A stretch of 64,000 nt of DNA from Candidatus Latescibacterota bacterium (GTDB lineage: Bacteria > Latescibacterota > UBA2968 > UBA8231). The notes beneath the pieces are model-generated. The model saw only the letters and a list, made by a program, of their open reading frames with translations, ran no database searches and was not told where the DNA came from. Each line of letters opens with the position of its first letter. The first letter of the stretch is position 1. Location: the NCBI GenBank assembly GCA_965200315.1, contig OZ241362.1:3424001-3488000 (forward strand), given 5' to 3'. Shown piece after piece: positions 10,694 through 20,906 of the stretch. The position numbers and the translations under genes are program-made.

Positions 10694-11803
10694 TTATTCT
10701 TCAAAAAGGCGCACCTGCATCCCGTTCAAGAGCGATCTGAGGCCCGCTGTCGCGACTAACTCCCGGTCGGCGAGCCCTTCTTCCACGACAAAACCGTCTG
10801 CCAGCAGGCGGCCGATGCGAATCGGCCGACGGTGGACCGTCCCCAAGCCCTTGTCGATCCCGTCTATGACAAAGACATATTGGCCTTGGGCGTCTTCCCC
10901 TACTGATTTGACGGGCACCACGAGCGGGTCCGATGGCCCGCCGCTGCCAAAGCGAAACTCCACTTCGCCGGCCATACCGGGCCGGATGGCGGGGGCCGGG
11001 GCGTCGAGTCGCACAATGACGGGATACGTGCTGGAGGCGTCGAGCGCGTAGGCTATCTCGCGCACTTGGGCCGCAAAATCTAGTCCGGGCAGGGCTGAAA
11101 AACGCACGCGCACCGGCTCGCCGGTCTGGATTTGGGCGATATAGCCCTCGGGTATCCCCACCTCCATCTCGATATCCTCGCCCGCGCTCAACTCCACTAA
11201 GGGCGCACCAGCTTGGATCACTTCGTTGACCTCGTTGTGGATCGCGGTGACTATGCCGGTGACAGGGGCGTATATCTCATTGTATCCTAGCTGGCGTTCT
11301 TGCAAATCCAGACTCTTCTGGGCCGATTCGTAACTCGACGTGGCCGAGGCAAAGCCGTTTTTGGCCTGTTCGTACTCGGCGAGGGAGACATTGTTGGCTT
11401 GGTAGAGCTGCCGTACGCGAATGAGCCTCGATTGGGCATTGGCCTTTTGCACATGGGCGTTTTCTAGCGCGGCCTTGGCCCGTTGATGCGCGAGGACTGC
11501 ATCCCGGTTGTCGAGCGTGGCCATGCGCTGACCCGCTTCGACGGGGTCGCCTACCTTTACGTCGATCGATTCGATGAGCCCACCCGTTCTAAAGCTGAGT
11601 CTGGCTTCGATGCCGGCTTTGGCGGTGCCGGCAAAACGCTGGCTCTGGACGGCGCTGGCGGGACGGACCTCAGCGTATTTTACCGGGCGAATGGAAGGTT
11701 GGGCGACCTCCGATTCGCCGCCGCAGCCAACCCATAGAGCCAGTGCCAATAGAAGGACCCCGATAGCTGCGAAATTCCGTTTTGGCATAATACCTCGCTT
11801 CAT
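10694..11803 (-). CDS. RND periplasmic adaptor (membrane fusion) protein
   Basis: Lipoprotein-like N-terminus (WVGC), VKVGDPVEAGQ, IYAPVTG and RPGM motifs. Confidence 0.92.
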   Translation of the reverse strand: MKRGIMPKRNFAAIGVLLLALALWVGCGGESEVAQPSIRPVKYAEVRPASAVQSQRFAGTAKAGIEARLSFRTGGLIESIDVKVGDPVEAGQRMATLDNRDAVLAHQRAKAALENAHVQKANAQSRLIRVRQLYQANNVSLAEYEQAKNGFASATSSYESAQKSLDLQERQLGYNEIYAPVTGIVTAIHNEVNEVIQAGAPLVELSAGEDIEMEVGIPEGYIAQIQTGEPVRVRFSALPGLDFAAQVREIAYALDASSTYPVIVRLDAPAPAIRPGMAGEVEFRFGSGGPSDPLVVPVKSVGEDAQGQYVFVIDGIDKGLGTVHRRPIRIGRLLADGFVVEEGLADRELVATAGLRSLLNGMQVRLFEE

Positions 11804-14163
11804 GGTGCATTTTTTCTTTTAGAGAAGAAGGCCGTCAAGCGCCCGACAAAGGCCTCCTGCTCCTCTGTTGTCATGAACATGGTATAGGCCCCGATGCTGT
11901 TTTCTAGCTGCATATAGCTGACCAAGTATTCATAAACGGCCCCGGCCTCGGCCTGACGGGCGGAAAGGGCGGCTCGTTGGGCATCCACCAGTTGGGCGAT
12001 TTCCAGTTGGCCTTTTTGGTAGGCGTCCTGTACCAGTTCAAAGTTCTTTTGCGCGCTTGCAGCGGCTACCCCGGCAAAGTGTATGTTGGTGCGCTTGGAC
12101 ACTAGGTTCGTCATCCGCACCCGGACCGCTTGGGAGAGCTGCTGGCGCAAACTCTCTTCCTGCAAGCGGAGTTGCTGCTGCTGAATCGCGGTCTGGTCGA
12201 TGGCGATCTTGCGCTGATTGCCCTGAAAGAGGGGATAGGTGAAGTGGAGGGCCAAGTTCCAAGTGCCGTCGAGGGGGTCTGAGGAAGCCGGCGGCATCCC
12301 CTTGCCAGCGCGCCAGAAGGTGTAGTCGGCCTGCCCGCGCAAGGCCACCGTAGGCAGGTAGTACAGCCGGCGGTTCATCTGCTGCTGGCGTTCAGCTACT
12401 TTCATATTGGCCGCTAGCTGTTTGAGCGAAGGCATGTTTTGCAGGGCCTCTTCAACGAGAAAGTCGGTCATAATCTCCACATCGCCGGCGCGGTCGATCC
12501 GGCGTCCGATGCGGGTCGGGTCGAAGCGGCCAAAAAGTTCGTCGGAAAGCCGGGCATCCATCACCTCGAACTCCTCGCCGATATCCGCGCGAGCAAGCAA
12601 GCGGTTGAGTTGCACTTTGGCTAGATAGAGGGCGTTGAAAGCCTCAATCGATGCTTGGGTGGCCCGGGCCACTTCGCTCTCCCAGCGGAATACGTCGGCA
12701 ACGCCGGCATAGCCGACGGCATTGCGGGTGCGGGCGATCTTCAGATTGCTGCGCGAGGCATCGAGGTTCTCCTCTTGGATGCGCCCCCCGGTCTTGGCCA
12801 GCAGGATATTGAAATAGGCCGTCGCTAGGTTCAACACCACGTCGAGCGCGACCAGATCGGCTCGATGGCGGGCGGCCTCGGTTAGGTATTGCTGGATTTT
12901 GATGTTGGCTAAGACCGGCTCGGAAAACAGTACCTGCTGTACGGTGGCCGTACCCGCGCCGGTGCGCTCAGGCTGCTGGCCCTTGGCTCGCTCAGCGACG
13001 GCTGGGTCCACCTGCAACAGAGTGGTCGAGGTCTCTACGGTGGGCCGGAGAGACGACTTGGCGCGGCGCATATCTTGGCTGGCCAAATCGACGTTGCGCC
13101 TTTCGATACGCAGGTCGAGGTTGCTCTGCAAGCCCTCGGCGATGATCGCCTGTAAGCTCAAACGTCGCTCGCTAGCCGGTTCGTCGGCTTTGAGGAAGCG
13201 GGCGGAAAACAGCGTTTCAAAAGAAAGATCGAGGCCGATCCGTCGGACTGTTGCGGCATTCAGCACCCATTGCTCGCCGAAATTGCGCTGCACAGGCATC
13301 GCCGCCAAGTCTTCCCCCAGCGCGACCCCTTCAACGATCAGGGCCAGCTTGCGGAAAGTCTGGTCTCGGCCACTCTCGTCGCCGATACAGGCCATCATTC
13401 CCGCATCCACGTAAGACCGGCTCATGGCAAAGGAAGGCAGCTTGCGCTCGGCGAGGGCCTCAGCCAGCAGGGCGACTTCCTCGGGCGAGCGCTCGAAGAT
13501 CATCGCCAGATAGACCGCGTCCACTGCGTCGCTCAGTGCCGGGAGGGACGCTTCCGTTTCCCAAAAGACCAACTCCACTTGGGACTCGTAGGGTGCTGCA
13601 AGGCGTTTGAAGAAACCCTCGAAATCCAGCGTCCCTTTCAGGTTTTCACTGATGATAACGGCCAAGTGCGAAAAGGGATGGATGCGGTGGAAAGCCGCTA
13701 GGTCCTTTTGGATTGAGTGGGTACTGAGGACGTAGGTAAAATTGCGCACTCCAGAGACGCCGGGCTCGACGAGGGGCATCTGCTGTAATTCCACGTCTAG
13801 TATCCCCACGGCGATCGTCGGTTTGGGCAAGGCTCCTTGGGCGGCCAGCATCGCGGCACTCACCGGCCCGGCGGCAATGATCAGATCAACGGCCGGGTCG
13901 TTGGCGAGGAACAGATAGTCTGCAGGCCCGGCCGTAAAACGCAGATGCTCGGGGAGGAAATGGACCGCCTTATCGACCCCTAGCACCTTGTGGATTTCCT
14001 CCTGTAGGAAGGCCAATTCACGCTCGGCATTGGTTGTCTCGGTCCCAAGATCGAGCAATAGACCGATGTAGAGGTCGCTCTTTTCAATTTGGGCCTGCGT
14101 CGGCAGTACTAGGGCCATGACCAAAACGGCGGATATAGCTATTCCCAGCATCGAGTGGTCCAC
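11800..14163 (-). CDS. TolC-family outer membrane channel with N-terminal ABC substrate-binding-like domain
   Basis: C-terminal ~450 aa has OEP repeats (AYFNILLA, YQKGQLEIAQLVDAQ). N-terminal ~320 aa has DLIIAAG and VLNAATVRRIGL as in ABC_sub_bind proteins. Confidence 0.8.
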   Translation of the reverse strand: MDHSMLGIAISAVLVMALVLPTQAQIEKSDLYIGLLLDLGTETTNAERELAFLQEEIHKVLGVDKAVHFLPEHLRFTAGPADYLFLANDPAVDLIIAAGPVSAAMLAAQGALPKPTIAVGILDVELQQMPLVEPGVSGVRNFTYVLSTHSIQKDLAAFHRIHPFSHLAVIISENLKGTLDFEGFFKRLAAPYESQVELVFWETEASLPALSDAVDAVYLAMIFERSPEEVALLAEALAERKLPSFAMSRSYVDAGMMACIGDESGRDQTFRKLALIVEGVALGEDLAAMPVQRNFGEQWVLNAATVRRIGLDLSFETLFSARFLKADEPASERRLSLQAIIAEGLQSNLDLRIERRNVDLASQDMRRAKSSLRPTVETSTTLLQVDPAVAERAKGQQPERTGAGTATVQQVLFSEPVLANIKIQQYLTEAARHRADLVALDVVLNLATAYFNILLAKTGGRIQEENLDASRSNLKIARTRNAVGYAGVADVFRWESEVARATQASIEAFNALYLAKVQLNRLLARADIGEEFEVMDARLSDELFGRFDPTRIGRRIDRAGDVEIMTDFLVEEALQNMPSLKQLAANMKVAERQQQMNRRLYYLPTVALRGQADYTFWRAGKGMPPASSDPLDGTWNLALHFTYPLFQGNQRKIAIDQTAIQQQQLRLQEESLRQQLSQAVRVRMTNLVSKRTNIHFAGVAAASAQKNFELVQDAYQKGQLEIAQLVDAQRAALSARQAEAGAVYEYLVSYMQLENSIGAYTMFMTTEEQEAFVGRLTAFFSKRKNAP

Positions 14164-14196
14164 TCCAATGGTTTCGTTCGATAGCCGTTGTGCAGC

Positions 14197-14838
14197 CTAT
14201 GACGTGACGGATATGGCCTGTTTTTTCCAAGCTTCATCGTCCACCTGCCCAACCAGAAAGTCCGCGAGGTCAGCGCGGCTGATGCGATCAACGCGACCCC
14301 GTAAAAGGCTGCGAGGCGCTGTTCCAGTATTGTTGACGGTGTAATATCCCGAGGCCGGTTCGTCTTTCAGGATGGCAGCGCGAACAATCGTCCAGTCGAG
14401 TGCGCTTGCCCTGACGACCGCTTCCTGCGCCTCGTGGTCCGCGTAGATGTTTCGCAGCAGCGTCCTGAACAGCAGGCGTGCGAGCCACGAGATCTGCCCC
14501 CAGCTTTCCCCCACCCCTGCGGCGGATACCACAACGAGACGCCCGACGCGGTGTTGGGTCATGCCATCCACGACGTTCCGCGTCCCATCAGTAAGGGTGG
14601 CCTTGTCTCGCAAGCCGTTGCTGCCCAAGGCAACAATCGCTGCGTCGTGCCCGGCGACCGCTGAGGCGACCGACTCGGCGTCGGCGACGTCGCCCTGAAC
14701 GATGCGTATGCTGGAATCGCCGCGGTCAATTTTGTCCACCGAGCGTACGAAGGCCGTGACGTCGTGTCCCTGTTCGAGCGCCTGCCGCCAGACGTGCTGC
14801 CCCGTTTTCCCCGTCGCGCCGAAGACGATGAGCTTCAC
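14197..14838 (-). CDS. NAD(P)H-binding atypical SDR (BLVRB/flavin reductase-like)
   Basis: IVFGATGKTG, LDWTIVR and ISRADLADFL motifs. Confidence 0.88.
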   Translation of the reverse strand: MKLIVFGATGKTGQHVWRQALEQGHDVTAFVRSVDKIDRGDSSIRIVQGDVADAESVASAVAGHDAAIVALGSNGLRDKATLTDGTRNVVDGMTQHRVGRLVVVSAAGVGESWGQISWLARLLFRTLLRNIYADHEAQEAVVRASALDWTIVRAAILKDEPASGYYTVNNTGTAPRSLLRGRVDRISRADLADFLVGQVDDEAWKKQAISVTS

Positions 14839-15020
14839 GGCGATTCTCCTTGCCCTGCCAGTGCTTTCAGAGTCCGTAGTTTCTCTTTTTTATTTATGTC
14901 TGCCATCATCCTTCTTCCCTTCCGCTTGGGGCCAACTTTTCTCACCCGTAAGCTCTGCAAATCGTACTCCGAATGAAGTTCGTCGTCCATCTCAGTCTCA
15001 GCCTTCTTCATAATCATCAT
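14835..15020 (-). pseudogene. Small ORF, probable remnant of a BrnA/CopG-like antitoxin
   Basis: MDDELHSEYDLQSLRVRK resembles the 'DELRxEYD' N-termini of BrnA-like antitoxins. The C-terminus diverges and no toxin is adjacent. Confidence 0.35.
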
Positions 15021-15040
15021 CTTCCCTTTTGGTTACTTCT

Positions 15041-16609
15041 CTACCGGCGGTACTGCAAATAGATTTCCACCTGCTCGACCCGCAAGGGTACCCGCAGCCG
15101 CGCATCCCGCTCTAACAGACGCAGCCGGACTTGGTGGATGCCGCGCCCCACTTGTGCCGCGCTCAAATTCCAGCAAAGCCAAGCGTTTTCCGACACATCG
15201 CTCGGGTCGGATTCATCTTCAGCCGCGGCATCGCGCACCTCTGGCGCTGGCAGCGTGATCCCGTCCAACATCACTTCGATCTGATCGGCGGGCGACCAGT
15301 GGGCCATTTCGATTTGCAATTCGGCGGTAGCTAACTCACCCTCGGCCTCCACCTCGTCGACGACGCGGACTTGGAAGATCGGCCCACTGTCCGTTAGCGT
15401 GGGATACAGCGTTACCGGCACCTCGCCGTAGAGGCGGTCGTCGCGCTCGGCATCCGCTCGGTTTCCGGTCTTGGGGCCGATGCTGCGATGCAGAGCGGTG
15501 TACACTTTGTCTAGGCCGGTTAGTGTTTCTGCCGACCCCAGAGTAGTGAGCAATGGTCGGTGCGTCTGGGCGTGGCCGTGCCAGTTGAATACGTACACGC
15601 CGTCCGCCCCGCGCCCTAGCTGGTCTTGGGCCAAGCCGCGGAACCAATCCTCCCGCCACGCCCCGTGGGGCCGCAGCCGTCGCGCCTGTTGTCGCCCGTC
15701 CGAATCAAAGCCAGCGTAGAAGCGCACGCCGTGGGGACGACACAGCTCGACAAAACGCTCGACCTCGGCTCCCGGATCGGTCCCCGAATTGCCGCCGCTG
15801 ATAACCGCATCGCACAAGCCGTCCCGCACCCAAGTCTCGACATCGTAGCCAATGCGGCGGCAGGCTTCAAAGGTCGTGGCCACCCGCACGGCCACTTGAA
15901 AGGGCCGCCCTCGCTCCTCGGCGATCTGGTCGGTCTGCGCTCGCACGGCCCGTATGAGATCGGTCAAAACGTAGCGCAAGCGGTACGCATCGTCGGCTGG
16001 CAGGTGAAAGGCGTGCCGCTGCCAATCCAATTCGACGCCGTCCCAATCGGCCAAGCGGCAGGCTTCGACGACGCGCTGCAAGATGTGCGCCCGCACATCG
16101 GGGATGGCCATATTCCACGAAGTCGAAGCCCAACCCGGCGCTTGCTCCTCGCCTAAGAGCCACTCGGGGTGCTCCTGCCGCAGCGGCGTCAGATCGGCCC
16201 GTTGCAAGCTGCCCAGATCGCCCGGGCGCAAATCCCAGAAGTGGTTGTCGTTCATGCGCAGCGACGGCAGCACCGCAATGCCCAGCTCGCGCCCGCGCTG
16301 CACTAGCGCCCCGTACAAATCGTCTCCCCGCTCGAAAAAGGCGCGGATATTCTCGGTGTGGCGCATAGTCTGCACGGAATCGTAGCACCGCCCGGTTGAT
16401 GCTCCCACCATATCCAATTGCTGCGAGGGCCAAGGCACTTCGTGGACGCCCACGCACCAGCACAGGGCCCCCACCTGAGTATCCGCTAAGGGCGCGTACA
16501 CCTTATCGAGGAACTGCGCCAGCGATTGGGGATACTCGCTGTAGCCGTGGGGCGCACCGTCCCAGTTGTACATAATGCCGTAGTTGGGCACGGCCGTTCG
16601 CTCTGCCAT
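15041..16609 (-). CDS. Glycoside hydrolase-like (GHL10-type) protein
   Basis: PSLRMNDNH, EHPEW, DWDGVELDW and GADGVYVFN motifs. Start ATG 16609 follows a GGAGG RBS. Paralogue of 4653-6224. Confidence 0.65.
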   Translation of the reverse strand: MAERTAVPNYGIMYNWDGAPHGYSEYPQSLAQFLDKVYAPLADTQVGALCWCVGVHEVPWPSQQLDMVGASTGRCYDSVQTMRHTENIRAFFERGDDLYGALVQRGRELGIAVLPSLRMNDNHFWDLRPGDLGSLQRADLTPLRQEHPEWLLGEEQAPGWASTSWNMAIPDVRAHILQRVVEACRLADWDGVELDWQRHAFHLPADDAYRLRYVLTDLIRAVRAQTDQIAEERGRPFQVAVRVATTFEACRRIGYDVETWVRDGLCDAVISGGNSGTDPGAEVERFVELCRPHGVRFYAGFDSDGRQQARRLRPHGAWREDWFRGLAQDQLGRGADGVYVFNWHGHAQTHRPLLTTLGSAETLTGLDKVYTALHRSIGPKTGNRADAERDDRLYGEVPVTLYPTLTDSGPIFQVRVVDEVEAEGELATAELQIEMAHWSPADQIEVMLDGITLPAPEVRDAAAEDESDPSDVSENAWLCWNLSAAQVGRGIHQVRLRLLERDARLRVPLRVEQVEIYLQYRR

Positions 16610-16706
16610 AGTTTCCTCCAGCGGGTTAAGTTGGTCCGCCAAGCTGCGCTGCATAGTTTATCAGGACAATTCGCTGGAAACCTAACGAAGAGAGGACTAT
16701 CACACC

Positions 16707-17738
16707 ATGAACTATTACCTCTACGCACCGATCTCGACGGATAACCAATTGCTAGTCTTTTCCATGGATGCCGAATCAGGCCAACTCGAACGCAAACACC
16801 AAATCACCCTGAGCAAAAGCGGCTTCGCCGTTGCCAGCGACCCCAAGCGCCAATACCTATACGTCGGCTTGCGAGACGGCGACGACCACGCCATTGGCAG
16901 CTACGCTATCGATCCATCCACCGGGGCTTTAACGCCCATCGGCGAAGTAGCAGTCGCGGCCATGCCCTGTTATTTGGCTACCGACCGCACGGGGCGCTTC
17001 CTGTTGGCCGCTTATTACGTCGGCGGCATGGCCACGGTCCACGCCATCGGCAGCGACGGCGCTTTGCAGGACCCGGCTGTCGATACCTACAAGACCGAGC
17101 GCTTCGCCCACTACATTGCCACCGACCCTTCCAACCGCTACGCCTTTGTGCCCCACGTCGAATCGGCCAATTCGATCTACCAATTCCTCTTTGACGCCAC
17201 TACCGGCAAACTAAGCCCCAACCCGGCCGCACCCATTCTGGCCTGCGGACCGGGCGAAGGGCCGCGCCACCTCGCATTTCACCCCACCCTCGACGTGGTG
17301 TACGCCGATAACGAGCAAGGCTCCAGCGTTACTGTGTACCGCTTCGACACCAGCCAAGGTACGCTGCAAGCGGTGCAGACCGTATCGACCCTGCCCGACG
17401 AAAATTTTCCCGGCCGCGAAGCCAACAGCAACGCCCAGCTCCACATCCACCCATCCGGCAAGTCGATCTACGCCTCCAACCGAGGCCACGACAGCATCGC
17501 GATGTTCGCCATTGATCCAGCCACCGGCCTAATCCGCTCCCTAGGACAACAGCCCGGCGAGGCCACCCCGCGCCCCTTTGCCATCGAACCCGGAGGCAAG
17601 TTCATGTACGGCGGCGGCGATGGCTCCACGCGGCTGGTCTCCTACCGCATCGATGAGATCGGTCGCCTCGAACCCTTTGGCACCCCCTACGAGTTGGGAG
17701 GCAGCACCTGCTGGGTGTATCCGCTGCAAGTGGGTTAA
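16707..17738 (+). CDS. Lactonase family beta-propeller (6-phosphogluconolactonase-like)
   Basis: GPRHLAFHP, YASNRGHDSIA and TPRPF motifs. Confidence 0.88.
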   Translation: MNYYLYAPISTDNQLLVFSMDAESGQLERKHQITLSKSGFAVASDPKRQYLYVGLRDGDDHAIGSYAIDPSTGALTPIGEVAVAAMPCYLATDRTGRFLLAAYYVGGMATVHAIGSDGALQDPAVDTYKTERFAHYIATDPSNRYAFVPHVESANSIYQFLFDATTGKLSPNPAAPILACGPGEGPRHLAFHPTLDVVYADNEQGSSVTVYRFDTSQGTLQAVQTVSTLPDENFPGREANSNAQLHIHPSGKSIYASNRGHDSIAMFAIDPATGLIRSLGQQPGEATPRPFAIEPGGKFMYGGGDGSTRLVSYRIDEIGRLEPFGTPYELGGSTCWVYPLQVG

Positions 17739-17768
17739 AGGATTAGCCCGGAAAGAACGGAGGCCATA

Positions 17769-18479
17769 GTGCTATTCTACGACAACCTCGAAGAATTCAT
17801 CGCCCAACAAAGCGCCCAACTGCAAAGCCTGAAACGAGCCAATATCCCCGAAGTCGGCGTCGTCCTCGAGGTCTTGGGACCCAACCGCGACCAAGACCGC
17901 AAAAGCAACCCGGGCGGCCACTCAGTCACCCAATCGGTAGAGCGCTTGGCCGTCGACTGCCAAGGCATTGAAGGCGACCGCCATCGCAGCCTCACCCGGG
18001 CCGCCACCGGCCGCGAAGCTCCGCTCTACAAAAGGAGCCGCGCCACCATCGTCAATCGGCGTCAGCTATTCGCCGTCTCACCACATGAGTGCGCCCTCCT
18101 CAGCCAGCGCCTAGGCGTCGAAGTCACGCCGCAATTGCTCGGTGCCAATATCGTCATTGGCCGCGAAGACGGCGCCCCTTTCTGCCTTTCGAGCACCCCG
18201 GTCAATACCTATTTCGTCCTAGCTCCGGCCACCGCAACTCAACCACCGACGCCGCCCTTGGCTACACTGATCCACTACGTCCAGCAAAAGGGTTGCAGCC
18301 TCACTGGCAAAGCTCTGGCCAAAGCCTATGGCGATCCCTCGCTGACTAAGCAGTTCGTCGCCCACGCCGAGCACCATCGTGGTATTCTCTGCAGCGTCGA
18401 ATATCCGGTCAAAAGGCCGATCTTTCTCGAACGCGGTCAAAAGGTCTTTTTCCGCTTTCCCATGGGCTGCTGTTATTGA
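17769..18479 (+). CDS. MOSC-domain-like protein
   Basis: GIEGDRH, RQL and LGANIV resemble MOSC/YiiM motifs; a candidate Cys lies in KGCS. Confidence 0.55.
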   Translation: MLFYDNLEEFIAQQSAQLQSLKRANIPEVGVVLEVLGPNRDQDRKSNPGGHSVTQSVERLAVDCQGIEGDRHRSLTRAATGREAPLYKRSRATIVNRRQLFAVSPHECALLSQRLGVEVTPQLLGANIVIGREDGAPFCLSSTPVNTYFVLAPATATQPPTPPLATLIHYVQQKGCSLTGKALAKAYGDPSLTKQFVAHAEHHRGILCSVEYPVKRPIFLERGQKVFFRFPMGCCY

Positions 18480-18561
18480 CCCGAGCCAGTCTCGCGTTCG
18501 ACCCGGGCGATAAAATCGCGGCACGCCCGAGCCACGGCCCGGGGGCATTCAAGCTGCAAAT

Positions 18562-18631
18562 AAAGCCCCTAGGATCAAGGGCGTCTCGCCCTCCGCGCAA
18601 AGCCCCTAGGATCGAGGGCGTCTCGCCCTCG
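18562..18631. repeat. Tandem pair of REP-like hairpins
   Basis: AAAGCCCCTAGGATC(A/G)AGGGCGTCTCGCCCTC occurs twice. The GGGCGTCTCGCCC core also occurs near 46015. Confidence 0.7.
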
Positions 18632-18845
18632 AAAAACAAACGCCGGTGGCTAAGACCACTCAACAGCCACGCCAGCCAACCCGACGGGCATTGTAAGACG
18701 GCTTCTAAAGGCGCGGAATGCCTGCGTAACATCAGTTTATGTTCTGCAACCAAATGTGAGTCGTGCTTGATTGCAGCGGTGGATTGGGGTATCTTGAGCA
18801 CCGATTTGTCGGCTGATCTCCTCAACCTCCACTCTGGGGGCCGCG

Positions 18846-19979
18846 ATGAGTTCTTCCCGCTTTAATTCTCCCGCTTCCGGTTTCGATCTCGCCGAATTAG
18901 TCCGTCGCCTGCGCTGCGGCCTTCTCCTGTCCTTGACGCTAGCCGTCGGCCTCATGTTAGTGTTCGTTGCTCTCAACCCCTTCCAACAAGTCGAGACCAA
19001 AGCCCCTCGGCCGCTCAGCACCAAATTCATCAAGCGCGAACCCCGCCTGACCAAGCCCCTAGAACTGCGCAAGATCCCCAAGCCCAAGCGCCAACTAGCT
19101 CGCCGCCAAGTCCACTTGGCCGCCGCCCGCCTAGATCAAGTACAGGCCACGACCAACTTCAATGTCCGCTCGTTGATTTCCAGCCATGTCGGCAACTCGG
19201 GCATTAGCTTGTTCAAGCCAATTACCGATAACGCGGCCAACAGCTTTGCACTCGAGCCCAAGCTCGTCTCCACCTCGGTGACCAGTACGCGGATGCCGGA
19301 GCACAAAATCGACATGGCCTTGGAGATGCTCGATGTCAACAGCATGGATACCGGCCGCTACCGGGCCATGGTCATCCAGAACCCCGGCGATCCCCAAGCG
19401 ATCAAGGGCTTCATCAAAATAGCCCATGTAATTTCGGCTCGCGGCGTTACCGATCAAATACAGGGCTACAGCAATTTGAATCTGCGCTCAATCGAGGCCT
19501 TGTGCGACGTCATCAATGAATACACCGGGCTCGAAGCCAAGTTTATCGGCACGATCACCTACGACGATAGACGCCTACTTGAACTGCCCATTCTCATCCC
19601 CCAAGGGTCCCTCAACGAGGGCGAAATGGAAAACTATGCCCGCTATATGCTGTCCGGGGGCTTCATCATGGGAGGCTACCATCCCGAAGCCTTGGTAAAG
19701 TACGGAGGCCTAGTAAAAGGGTATGATTTCTGGTCCGAACGCCTACTCCCAGATCATCCCATTTTCAATGCCTTTTTCTCTCTGAAAGGTGGCACTGGAG
19801 GCCATGTTGACTGGCGAGACATCGTCAACGGGTACTTCATCCGCGGCCGGATGGTCGGTATTGGCAACGTAGGCTGGGGCAGTAACCCGCGCTACAATCA
19901 GATGGCGGTCAACGTGGTCGTCTATGCCCTGACCCAAGAAGGCTCCATCACCCAACGCCTCATGCAGGGGGTCAACTGA
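18846..19979 (+). CDS. Membrane-anchored DUF4159-domain protein
   Basis: N-terminal TM helix; LSGGFI, LLPDHPIFNAFF and MAVNVVVYALT motifs of DUF4159. Confidence 0.7.
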   Translation: MSSSRFNSPASGFDLAELVRRLRCGLLLSLTLAVGLMLVFVALNPFQQVETKAPRPLSTKFIKREPRLTKPLELRKIPKPKRQLARRQVHLAAARLDQVQATTNFNVRSLISSHVGNSGISLFKPITDNAANSFALEPKLVSTSVTSTRMPEHKIDMALEMLDVNSMDTGRYRAMVIQNPGDPQAIKGFIKIAHVISARGVTDQIQGYSNLNLRSIEALCDVINEYTGLEAKFIGTITYDDRRLLELPILIPQGSLNEGEMENYARYMLSGGFIMGGYHPEALVKYGGLVKGYDFWSERLLPDHPIFNAFFSLKGGTGGHVDWRDIVNGYFIRGRMVGIGNVGWGSNPRYNQMAVNVVVYALTQEGSITQRLMQGVN

Positions 19980-20044
19980 GGCCGGCGGTCGTCGGCTTCA
20001 CAAGTAACATCCCGCCAGAAAAACATTTTCCCGAGAGATTTCCC

Positions 20045-20851
20045 ATGGCCATGACCAAAGAAGAACGCTTCCGCTTTGATCTCACCGGCTTTTTGGTGCG
20101 CCCCGCCATCCTGAAGCCCGCCGAAGTCGCCGCCATTGTCGATCAGATCGACCGCATCAAACACGACCCCGAATCGCTGCCGCCCGAACACCGCGACATG
20201 CCCGGCGGCCCGGCCAGTGTGCTAATCGACCATCCCCAAGTGGTCGATGTAATTCGGGAGGTAATTGGTCCTGATATAAGATTGGAAGGTTGTAGCTGTG
20301 TCTGGCGCAAAAAGGGCGAGAAGCACGGCGGGCTACACGGAGGCGGCCCCGGTCAAGCCGATCCCATTTTTGGCTACCGGGTGAAAAACGGGCGCATCCA
20401 CGCCGGTATGGTGCGGGTTATTTTTGAATTGACCGATATCGCGCTAGAAGATCAGAGCACTCATTTCTTAATCGGCAGTCACAAGTCGGAATTCCCCATC
20501 CACGAAGACCACCTGTCGCTGGAAGAGGGCAAGCGCAGTCCCTTCCTCACCACGTATGCATGCCCGGCCGGCAGCGCGGTCTTTTTTACCGAAAACTTGT
20601 GCCACGCCGGGCCGGTGTGGCGCCGCGACACCCCGCGCGTCACCGTACTAAACGCCTATTCGCATTTGGCCACCCACTGGCACCGGCTGAAGATCCCCCC
20701 AGTGGTGCTGCACAGCCTGCCGCGCGAAAAGCAGGCCTATTTCCGCCAGCCTTGGATTGCCGATTTCCGCACCAGTCCGGCGACCCACAACACCGCCGAG
20801 CGCTTCCTAGACAACGACGAAGCACCCGTCGACACGGATCACAAGCCCTAG
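20045..20851 (+). CDS. PhyH-family dioxygenase-like protein with HxG motif
   Basis: RFRFDLTGFLV, IGSHKS and AGSAVFFTENLCH. The first metal motif reads LHGG instead of HxD. Confidence 0.78.
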   Translation: MAMTKEERFRFDLTGFLVRPAILKPAEVAAIVDQIDRIKHDPESLPPEHRDMPGGPASVLIDHPQVVDVIREVIGPDIRLEGCSCVWRKKGEKHGGLHGGGPGQADPIFGYRVKNGRIHAGMVRVIFELTDIALEDQSTHFLIGSHKSEFPIHEDHLSLEEGKRSPFLTTYACPAGSAVFFTENLCHAGPVWRRDTPRVTVLNAYSHLATHWHRLKIPPVVLHSLPREKQAYFRQPWIADFRTSPATHNTAERFLDNDEAPVDTDHKP

Positions 20852-20906
20852 GCGTGTCCGAGCCGCTCAAAGCTGGCAGACGCAATCGAAGGTCAGGAAT
20901 TTCTAG

